A DNA stretch of 64,000 nucleotides. Source: Ktedonobacteraceae bacterium. GTDB lineage: Bacteria; Chloroflexota; Ktedonobacteria; Ktedonobacterales; Ktedonobacteraceae. The stretch is taken from contig JBOGTO010000180.1 in assembly GCA_050695155.1 (NCBI GenBank), positions 1 to 64,000 of the forward strand, read 5' to 3'. A program made the position numbers and the translations under genes. Below are positions 56,967 through 64,000 of the stretch, piece after piece. The first letter of the stretch is position 1. Every line of letters begins with the position of its first letter. A model generated the notes under the pieces. It was given only the letters and a program-made list of their open reading frames with translations. It was not told the origin of the DNA and ran no database searches.

Positions 56967-57887
56967 ATGCCAGCAGTTATCCAGGTGGAACACCTGCGCA
57001 AAGCTTACGGGTCGGTAGTGGCCGTTGATGATGTCTCCTTTGAAGTGGAACGAGGGGAGATTTTTGGCATGGTCGGCCCGAATGGAGCGGGCAAGACCAG
57101 CACGGTCGAATGTGCCGAAGGGTTGCGTGCCTCTAGTGGTGGCACGATTCGGGTGTTGGGGATGGACCCAGAGAGCGACAAATATAAGGTGCGCCTGCGT
57201 ATTGGCGTGCAACTACAAGAATCGGCGTTGCAGGCTCGTCTCAAAGTGTGGGAAGCGCTAGACCTGTACGCCTCGTTTTACCCGAGTTCGGTAGATCAAA
57301 CCGCCTTGCTTAAACAGGTGGGGTTGACCGAGAAACGCAACACCCGTTTTGGTAAACTGTCGGGCGGGCAGAAGCAGCGCCTCTTTATCGCGCTGGCACT
57401 GGTGCATGACCCAGAAGTTGTTTTCCTGGATGAATTGACCACCGGGCTTGACCCCCAGGCGCGGCGGTCGATGTGGGAGATGGTGCGCGAGGTACGCGAG
57501 CGCGGCAAAACCGTCTTTCTCATCACACATTCGATGGAGGAAGCCGAGCGACTGTGTGATCGCGTCGCCATTGTGGATCATGGGCGTATCGTTGCCCTCG
57601 ATGCGCCGCATCACCTGGTGAGCAAACTGGGGGCGGATAATCGCGTCATTTTTACGGTAGACGGCGTTCCCGATCTGCAACGCCTGCGTGCTTTACAAGA
57701 GGTGGCCTATATTGAGCAGGTAGAAGATCGCGTTATCATCTCCGGCAAAGGCGATGGTGATGCCCTGCTGGTCAGCGTAGTAACGACGCTACCTGGCAGC
57801 GGCATTCGTTACCACGATCTACACACCGAGCGACCGACATTAGAAGATGTTTTCCTGCAAGTGACCGGGCGCGCCATACGCGACTAA
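56967..57887 (+). CDS. ABC transporter ATP-binding protein (ABC-2/DRA subfamily)
   Basis: Walker A GPNGAGKTST, signature LSGGQKQRL, Walker B VVFLDELTTGLD, H-loop ITHSMEEA. Confidence 0.85.
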   Translation: MPAVIQVEHLRKAYGSVVAVDDVSFEVERGEIFGMVGPNGAGKTSTVECAEGLRASSGGTIRVLGMDPESDKYKVRLRIGVQLQESALQARLKVWEALDLYASFYPSSVDQTALLKQVGLTEKRNTRFGKLSGGQKQRLFIALALVHDPEVVFLDELTTGLDPQARRSMWEMVREVRERGKTVFLITHSMEEAERLCDRVAIVDHGRIVALDAPHHLVSKLGADNRVIFTVDGVPDLQRLRALQEVAYIEQVEDRVIISGKGDGDALLVSVVTTLPGSGIRYHDLHTERPTLEDVFLQVTGRAIRD

Positions 57888-57900
57888 AGGAGCGGAGATC

Positions 57901-58641
57901 ATGCATAGCTGGTTGAAATTAACCTGGGTCGAGACTAAACTGTTTTTGCGCGAGCCGGGCGCGTATTTCGCGCTGGTTTTCCCGCTTGCTTTCCTGTTCA
58001 TCTTCGGCTCGATCTATGGGAATAAGCCCAGTGCTTTCCTGGGTGGACACGGTTCGCTCGATTTCTACACGCCTGCCTATATTGCCATACTCATCATTGC
58101 CATCGGCTTCTATTCATTACCATTCGCCATTATCAATTATCGTGAACGCGGTATCCTCTTTCGCCTGCAAACCACGCCCCTGCACCCGCTCACCATTTTG
58201 TCCGCGCAGTTTGGCGCGAACTTCCTGATGACAACCGCAGGCGCGATTATCCTGGTAGTAGCAGGAAAGCTCTTCTATAACGTGCATATTACCAGCAGTA
58301 TGCCGAATGTGTTGCTGGCCTATGTATTAAGCGTGTTGAGCATCTTCGCGCTGGGATTTCTCATGGCGAGTATCGTGCCGAACGTGCGCGTCGCGCCTAT
58401 CGTCGGCACGCTCTTGTTCCTATCCATGTTTTACCTGTCGGGCGCGACGGTTCCGCTCAAACTTTACCCGCCGGTGGTTCAGCAAATTGCCTGGTTTCTG
58501 CCGTTGACTCACGCGATAAAACTCATGCAGGACATGTGGTTTGGTGGGGCCTGGGTTGATCACTGGGTCAACGTGCTGGCTCTACTGGGCCTGCTGTTAG
58601 TATGTATGTTGCTTTCGGTGAAATTGTTTCGTTGGCGATAG
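57901..58641 (+). CDS. ABC-2 family transporter permease
   Basis: 246 aa, six predicted TM helices, directly downstream (13 bp) of the ATPase. Confidence 0.8.
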   Translation: MHSWLKLTWVETKLFLREPGAYFALVFPLAFLFIFGSIYGNKPSAFLGGHGSLDFYTPAYIAILIIAIGFYSLPFAIINYRERGILFRLQTTPLHPLTILSAQFGANFLMTTAGAIILVVAGKLFYNVHITSSMPNVLLAYVLSVLSIFALGFLMASIVPNVRVAPIVGTLLFLSMFYLSGATVPLKLYPPVVQQIAWFLPLTHAIKLMQDMWFGGAWVDHWVNVLALLGLLLVCMLLSVKLFRWR

Positions 58642-58679
58642 CAGAAGTGTGACCTGTACCATTGTTTCTCAAGGTGACT

Positions 58680-58718
58680 GTGCTACAATAAGCTAGCAAG
58701 TAGCATAGTTTTTTGTTT
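58680..58718 (+). terminator. Putative rho-independent terminator after the ABC operon
   Basis: 6-bp stem tgctac / gtagca with a 13-nt loop, followed by TAGTTTTTTGTTTTG. Confidence 0.4.
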
Positions 58719-58745
58719 TGTCACTGGAAAGAAACGAAGTTTGCT

Positions 58746-59900
58746 ATGGCACAGGTTCTTCCGCGCTATTGTCCGCGTTGTGGCACACCTACAGTGGAGG
58801 GTATGCGTTTCTGCGCAAATTGTGGTCTGTCCGCAGAAGCCATACTGGCTCATGCCGGAGTACCGCATCCTCCTCAATCGGTGGAGCAGGCGCGACCGGC
58901 AGGACCGCAAAACCCATCTTCATCACCAGCGTTTACGAGGGAAGACCAGCAGCCGATGTGGAGGACATCGAGTACACCAAAGGCAAAGAGATCATCTGGT
59001 CGCGGCGGATTGGTGCTGGCGCTGGTGGCGCTTTTGATCCTTATCGGAGGTGGTGTGTTTATAGTCGCGCGCGCTGCTGGAGCGTCGCTTCCCGGCTTTA
59101 CGCCAACACAATCTTCGATTTCGACTACTTCAATCTCAAATTCATTTCCTTATAAAGGAGTATCTGTCACACTTGTCAACGCGCGGCAGGCGCAGAATTT
59201 TCTCGATGACCCCAATACTCATAGCGATGGCATGGTGCGCTTGAACTTGCAAGCCACCAATAGTACTTCTATCAAGATAAGCTGGCGGTATGAAGATGTC
59301 GCGCAACTTGTTTTGCCCGGTAATACCGTTGTCCAACCTACCTATGTAAAAGGCGAAGTAGACCTGGCGGCAGGAAAAACACAAAGCAGCCTCGTCGATT
59401 TTGCGGTACCCGGCGGCACCAGCCTGGCGAAGCTGACATTGCGCATTGGCACGGCGAACGAAGCACAAATGGATATTCCATTGAAAGCGGGGGCAGATCT
59501 GAGCAGGTATCTTTCACAAAAGACTTCTCTTACTGGTCAGGCGGTCTACTATGGGCTGAACTGGACGCTACAAAGCGCGGCTACCAGCCTGAGTATTCCT
59601 GGCGAGCAGGCAGCCAGAGGCGCGCGTTTTCTTACGCTGACGCTCAGCGTAGATAATACGCTTTCGCAGGAGGCCATCACCGGTTCGCCCTACGATTATG
59701 CGCGTTTGAAATCTGGCAACACGAATGCTACGGCAGTGGATAGCACATTGCCGGTCTCGTTTCAGGCTGGTGCGAACGGCGTCACAGGCACGTTGAGTTT
59801 TCTCATGTCACAAAAGAGTACAGACTTCACGTTATTATTCTTGCCACAGGGTCAGAATAGTACTGACCAGGCTACCCTGCCTTTTCAAATACACCCATAG
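58746..59900 (+). CDS. Zinc-ribbon / Pro-rich linker / single TM / extracytoplasmic beta-rich domain protein (DUF4352-like guess)
   Basis: CPRCGTPTVEGMRFCANCG, then the TM helix LVLALVALLILIGGGVFIV, then a C-terminal ~250-aa domain paralogous to the next gene. Confidence 0.6.
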   Translation: MAQVLPRYCPRCGTPTVEGMRFCANCGLSAEAILAHAGVPHPPQSVEQARPAGPQNPSSSPAFTREDQQPMWRTSSTPKAKRSSGRGGLVLALVALLILIGGGVFIVARAAGASLPGFTPTQSSISTTSISNSFPYKGVSVTLVNARQAQNFLDDPNTHSDGMVRLNLQATNSTSIKISWRYEDVAQLVLPGNTVVQPTYVKGEVDLAAGKTQSSLVDFAVPGGTSLAKLTLRIGTANEAQMDIPLKAGADLSRYLSQKTSLTGQAVYYGLNWTLQSAATSLSIPGEQAARGARFLTLTLSVDNTLSQEAITGSPYDYARLKSGNTNATAVDSTLPVSFQAGANGVTGTLSFLMSQKSTDFTLLFLPQGQNSTDQATLPFQIHP

Positions 59901-60066
59901 GATACGGATGTCATTTATACCCTTTTATATGAATAGCCAGAAGATAGTAACGCAAACGTCCGGTATTATTGCGTATTGCCAGAAAGTAGTTTACCATAAT
60001 ACTATGTTGCAGTTGAGCTAAACTTCATTTAATAGCTATAATGTTGTGTGTTTAAGGAGTTCATGT

Positions 60067-61569
60067 ATGGCCCAGAATCCCCCGCGTCTCTGTCCTAATT
60101 GCGGTACACCTGCGGAACCCAATCAGCGTTTCTGTGCTGAGTGTGGCACAACGCTGAGTATGGTGTCGAATCACCCAACGGCCCTGGCAAGCGGAGAGCA
60201 GCAGGCCATTCCGATGCAAGGCGCTCAATATGCGACCCAGCCAGAGGCGGGAAACGGCGCGTCTGGTAACACAGCAATAGCGCCTACCCAACTGGTTGGT
60301 ACTTCGGGGCAGGCCCCCGCAGCCTATCCAGCTTCTACTGTACCTTCTTCTGGCGCACAGTTCTACGCGCAAACGACCGATGTCAACCCTATTGCGCCGC
60401 CTCCTCCGCCCGATTCGCTGGTCGCGCCATTGTACCAACCCTCCTACCAGGCACCTGAACAAGTTTCATCTCCAGACCGGCAGCCAACGCCCGCGCCCGG
60501 CACGTATGTGGTGCCGGATTACGCCCGTGTTCCGCGCCGTTCCAGGGCTGGTTTGATTGTGAGCCTTGTGTTGTTGCTCGTGCTTGTGCTTGGCGGTGTT
60601 GCGGCCTATGCCCTCTTTTTCCATAAATCAAACAGTAATAATCAGGGCAATCAGGGTAGTACGCCCCCACACAATACACCAGTTACCAACGCTAATACCC
60701 CCGTCAGCAATGTAACAGCTACGACGGGAACGAACAACGGCTCTACGCCTGGAAGCGGCAGCACAACACCGACGACGACCGCAAATGGGGCAACAAGCGA
60801 GCAGGTGAACCTGGTATTCACATATGCCGGAATCAATTTTACTATTAACTCCGTCCAGTATGCCGCAAGCTTTCCTGATGACAGCAACTTATCAGCAGGA
60901 GGCGTGCGTGTCGCATTTAACGAGAATAATGCGATAACTTCGAACCCGGATTTTTTATATAGCGACGTTTCCAGGCTGATTTTATCAGATCATTCCTCGG
61001 TCGCCCCTACAAATGAGTCGCATCCTATAAGCCCAGATTCGCAAACCACGCGGTCCAACTGGCTTGATTTTCCGGTAACATCACAACCTGCCGATCTGAG
61101 CCAACTGATACTCCAGATGGGAACGGCGACGGAGAACCAGATGCAAATTCCGCTTAGCGCGGGGGCAGATCTGAGCAAATACCAGGCAAAGACGGTGACT
61201 CCCGGTACACAATTCCAGTACGCCGGGCTGAACTGGACGCTGAAGAGCGCAACGGAAAGCCTGAGCGCGGGTGGCAGGCAGGCTACCAGTGGGAACGTTT
61301 ACGTCACCGTGACGTTGGACGTTTTTAATCCCACCTCCAATGGTTACAGTGCCTATTACGGCGATATTGCGCGCCTTTCCGTTGGGGGCGCTACTAGTAG
61401 CCCGACCAGCGATTCCAATTTTCCCACTTCGGTTGCTTCTCAGACAAATGCAACAGGGACGCTCATTTTCCTGGTGCCGCAGGGCAACACGTCGTATACG
61501 CTGGTAATGTTGGCGGTTCAGTCCAGCCCTCCTATCCAGCAAAAGACGGTACCTTTCACGATTCAATAA
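60067..61569 (+). CDS. Paralog of the previous gene: zinc ribbon, TM, Ser/Thr/Asn-rich linker and the same C-terminal extracytoplasmic domain
   Basis: CPNCGTPAEPNQRFCAECG; TM LIVSLVLLLVLVLGGVAAYALFF. The C-terminal domain aligns with the upstream paralog (MGTATENQMQIPLSAGADLSKY...YAGLNWTLKSATESLS vs IGTANEAQMDIPLKAGADLSRY...YYGLNWTLQSAATSLS). AAGGAG RBS 7 nt before the ATG. Confidence 0.6.
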   Translation: MAQNPPRLCPNCGTPAEPNQRFCAECGTTLSMVSNHPTALASGEQQAIPMQGAQYATQPEAGNGASGNTAIAPTQLVGTSGQAPAAYPASTVPSSGAQFYAQTTDVNPIAPPPPPDSLVAPLYQPSYQAPEQVSSPDRQPTPAPGTYVVPDYARVPRRSRAGLIVSLVLLLVLVLGGVAAYALFFHKSNSNNQGNQGSTPPHNTPVTNANTPVSNVTATTGTNNGSTPGSGSTTPTTTANGATSEQVNLVFTYAGINFTINSVQYAASFPDDSNLSAGGVRVAFNENNAITSNPDFLYSDVSRLILSDHSSVAPTNESHPISPDSQTTRSNWLDFPVTSQPADLSQLILQMGTATENQMQIPLSAGADLSKYQAKTVTPGTQFQYAGLNWTLKSATESLSAGGRQATSGNVYVTVTLDVFNPTSNGYSAYYGDIARLSVGGATSSPTSDSNFPTSVASQTNATGTLIFLVPQGNTSYTLVMLAVQSSPPIQQKTVPFTIQ

Positions 61570-61575
61570 CCGTAG

Positions 61576-61639
61576 AGAGAATACACGCGCCTGCCAGTGG
61601 CGATCTTGCGGTCACCACTGGCAGGCGCGTGTATTCTCT
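61576..61639. terminator. Bidirectional terminator-like perfect hairpin (25-bp stem, 14-nt loop) between convergent genes
   Basis: agagaatacacgcgcctgccagtgg / cgatcttgcggtca / ccactggcaggcgcgtgtattctct, followed by TTTA. Confidence 0.55.
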
Positions 61640-61649
61640 TTAGCCTTGC

Positions 61650-62348
61650 TTATTCCAGAATATAGCTGCCCAAGAGTGCGCGGCGTAGAGCAGCTTTTTC
61701 TTCTTCGTCCAGGTTGGGATTGTTGGTGATGGGGCCATTATTGGTGGGGTTATTCGTAATCGGGGCTGTCCAGTTGCCTACATGGCGGTTAGATGCTGAC
61801 GAAAACTCGGCCACCAGGGCATCTTCAAGAAAATTGGAGGATGCATGGGCTGGCACAGGTTCTTCATTCTCCGAAACATCCTCGATCACAAATTCAGAGC
61901 CTTGTGATAGTGTTTCGCGCTCTGCCGCCTGCATGGTCTCACTTGAGATAGAGGTCGTCGGCTGGAGCGCCGGGTCAGCGGTAGTGGCCGCGATAGTTGT
62001 TGTTTCCTGAAGGGCGGGATCAGGTTCTGCCACCTGCATGATGCAGGTTTCCTGGAGCGCAGCATCTTTTTTCGCCGCTGGTGTTACAGCGGGAACAGGC
62101 GCTGTCTCTTCCATCATAGTGAGCGCCGGGATAGTGCCATTTGAAACTACGCCAGCGACATGGGTATCAGGTGAGCCAGCAAGCGCAATACGGGTACCCA
62201 GAATTTCAAGGAATACGCCGTGACCTGCTTTCAAATCAGCGAGTTGCTGATGTAAGGCTTCATTCTCTGCTTGCAAACCTTCTAACACTTGCTTTTGTTG
62301 GATAAGTGCTTCTAAGATGCTGTCGAATTTGCTACTACTTGATTTCAT
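61650..62348 (-). CDS. Hypothetical protein with an N-terminal coiled coil
   Basis: LEALIQQKQVLEGLQAENEALHQQLADLKA heptad pattern; the remainder is low-complexity Thr/Ala/Pro-rich. AAGGAG RBS upstream. Confidence 0.5.
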   Translation of the reverse strand: MKSSSSKFDSILEALIQQKQVLEGLQAENEALHQQLADLKAGHGVFLEILGTRIALAGSPDTHVAGVVSNGTIPALTMMEETAPVPAVTPAAKKDAALQETCIMQVAEPDPALQETTTIAATTADPALQPTTSISSETMQAAERETLSQGSEFVIEDVSENEEPVPAHASSNFLEDALVAEFSSASNRHVGNWTAPITNNPTNNGPITNNPNLDEEEKAALRRALLGSYILE

Positions 62349-62357
62349 ACGAACTCC

Positions 62358-62510
62358 TTATAGAGTACCTTTTCTCAAAATTCCTCTGGCAGTCCCCATG
62401 GATGCGCCAATGATTTCATACTCTCTAGTCAATAAACGTAATTCCGGCTCACCTTTGTATAAAAACGTATCAAATTGTTTGAAGTAACTATGCATGAGTC
62501 TCGATTGCAT
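62358..62510 (-). CDS. Small ORF (50 aa from ATG; up to 83 codons open) encoding a possible HTH motif, immediately upstream of and co-oriented with the coiled-coil gene
   Basis: Manual translation of the - strand gives ...MQSRLMHSYFKQFDTFLYKGEPELRLLTREYEIIGASMGTARGILRKGTL*, whose tail resembles a sigma-region-4/LuxR-like HTH. The stop is 12 bp before the next RBS. The ORF is below the table size cut-off. Confidence 0.3.
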   Translation of the reverse strand: MQSRLMHSYFKQFDTFLYKGEPELRLLTREYEIIGASMGTARGILRKGTL

Positions 62511-62717
62511 GTAGAGCGCGTATTGTGCCAATTGTAGCAGGTGATTGTCACCAACCCGCTCAAAAACCTGAGCAGTAAATCCTTGTTGGGTATGGAACCC
62601 TATGATACACTATACAAAGGCTATGACGTAAGTTGTAGCTGTGTGTCATGGCTGGCTAGATCGGCTAAAGATGGCAAAAGAAATATCTACTGCTCATGGC
62701 AAAGATTAGGATGGTTT

Positions 62718-64000
62718 ATGGCGCAAGAATCAACGGCACCGGACGCTTCGGAAGCGTCGTCTGGGGAAGACGAGCATCAATCGGAAAAAAGCCTGCTAGG
62801 GCCGATTCTCTGTTGGGCGGTCGTCTTTGCGGACATCGGCACATCCGTCTATTATGTCCCAGGTATCCTGTATGGTACTAACGGTGTAGGTAGCCTTGCG
62901 GGTTTTTTCGTTTTTCTGACCATGTCTGTCTTTGTGCTGCTTACCCTGAAATACGCAGAAGTAACCCATCGTTTCCCTCAGGGCGGCGGCGTTGTCACGG
63001 TCGCGGCCCAGGCCATCAACCGTTGGGTTGGCGCGCTCGGCGGTATGTTTATTCTGGTTGATTACTTCCTCACGGCAGCCATCAGTTGTCTGTCCGGGAT
63101 GCTCTATCTGAGCGTTGTTGCAGGTCCTATCGGTTCATACGTGCTTGAAATTACCATTGTGGTATTGATTTTGCTGGGTATCCTCAACTGGGTGGGCATC
63201 AGCGAAAGCGCGAAGGTCAGTCTGGTGGGGGCGGTGATTGCCTTTGCCAGTGACATTGCCATTCTCATTACCGTTTTTTCACATATTTCTTTCTCCTACT
63301 TTCTTTCGCTCTTTCCCAGGATGTTTGAGAATCATGTGATAGGACCGGCTACTATTCTGGTAGGTTTTGCTGGCTCGTTCCTGGCTTTCTCTGGCCTGGA
63401 AAGCATCTCTCAACTTTCGCCTGTCATGAAGACTCCTCGCAAGAAAGTGGCAGGCATGGCGCTTTTGCTGGTGGTTTTAACCATTGGCATAACCAGTCCG
63501 GTGCTGACTATGCTCTCAACACTCTTACTTCCAAAGAGTGTTGTAGATGATCCTTATCTTTCCACTCAGGTGATCTCGCTGCTCGGCGGCAAGTATGGCA
63601 GTATCATTCTGCAAACCGAGGTGGCGATTAGCGCGAGCGCCTTGCTGGTATTTGCCAGTAACACCGCTATCATTGGAGCGTATCATGTGTTTATGGCCTT
63701 GTCGCGCATGGAATTTTTCCCCGCCTTCATTCTTAAACGGAACAAACTGCGCGGAACTCCGCACTATTCGATTGCTATTGTGACGGCCATCCCTATTCTG
63801 GTGCTTATTGCCGTGCGGGGAAATATCAATATCCTGGGTGATATGTATGCTTTTGGTCTGCTGGGCGCATTTACTCTGACCTGTCTGGGGCTGGACATTG
63901 TGCGACACCGCGAAAGAAAGGTGGCGCGTAATTTAGCCCGGCAGTTACGGAATGGCGCCGGTAAGAGCATGAGCAACGATGAGGTCTCGAAAGACCTCAC
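62718..64000 (+). CDS. APC-superfamily amino acid permease, 3'-truncated by the window end
   Basis: Manual translation from the ATG at 62718 is open to the window end: MAQESTAPDASEASSGEDEHQSEKSLLGPILCWAVVFADIGTSVYYVPG... with multiple TM helices and GISESAKV. It is absent from the ORF table because no stop lies within the window; the table ORF 62696-62881 is in a different frame. Confidence 0.75.
   Translation, partial: MAQESTAPDASEASSGEDEHQSEKSLLGPILCWAVVFADIGTSVYYVPGILYGTNGVGSLAGFFVFLTMSVFVLLTLKYAEVTHRFPQGGGVVTVAAQAINRWVGALGGMFILVDYFLTAAISCLSGMLYLSVVAGPIGSYVLEITIVVLILLGILNWVGISESAKVSLVGAVIAFASDIAILITVFSHISFSYFLSLFPRMFENHVIGPATILVGFAGSFLAFSGLESISQLSPVMKTPRKKVAGMALLLVVLTIGITSPVLTMLSTLLLPKSVVDDPYLSTQVISLLGGKYGSIILQTEVAISASALLVFASNTAIIGAYHVFMALSRMEFFPAFILKRNKLRGTPHYSIAIVTAIPILVLIAVRGNINILGDMYAFGLLGAFTLTCLGLDIVRHRERKVARNLARQLRNGAGKSMSNDEVSKDL

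Noticed and set aside
62696-62881. 61-aa ORF listed at the start of the last gene
   Set aside because: It is out of frame with the much longer open frame from 62718 that encodes a clear APC-type permease; the short ORF is an overlapping artefact.
1-64000. Search for rRNA, tRNA and CRISPR arrays, and for integrase/transposase genes marking the lower-GC island
   Set aside because: No regularly spaced direct repeats with unique spacers. No tRNA-like sequences (GTTCGA-type T-arm with acceptor pairing) in the larger intergenic regions scanned by eye. No recombinase or transposase homology in any ORF. tRNA detection by eye is unreliable, so tRNAscan should confirm.

Overview
This reads as a GC-rich bacterial chromosomal segment of about 57-60% GC, with a lower-GC stretch at roughly 10.8-20.4 kb. 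Gene content is mostly housekeeping: leuB, a complex-I-like redox module, tdh-kbl, mrp/apbC, a polyprenyl synthase, uvrB and a polyamine cluster (agmatinase, SAM decarboxylase, deoxyhypusine-synthase-like). Interspersed are two Ser/Thr kinases, a pseudokinase, HepT/MntA and HicAB toxin-antitoxin pairs, and several conserved-hypothetical operons. I found no rRNA, tRNA, CRISPR array, integrase or transposase gene. The content (many eukaryotic-type kinases, a giant FtsX permease, a WD40 kinase) fits a Chloroflexota/Ktedonobacteria-like or similar large-genome organism, but that is a guess. The observations I rate highest for a second look are: (1) a compact operon of four conserved-hypothetical genes (DUF4126-like membrane protein, two Zn-ribbon proteins, an SPFH/SHOCT-like protein) inside a lower-GC island flanked by two Ser/Thr kinases; (2) a tightly packed but rearranged NuoB / NuoI-NuoE chimera / divergent NuoF / NuoG-GltD-fusion module lacking NuoC/D/H; (3) a HepT toxin paralog that has lost its catalytic Arg and is fused in frame to the MntA antitoxin, followed by an intact HepT; (4) a 2072-aa protein with four FtsX permease modules; (5) a family of long GC-rich palindromic elements sitting at gene 5' ends, one MITE-like element with a 12-bp target-site duplication, and unusually long perfect hairpins of 25-31 bp between convergent genes.
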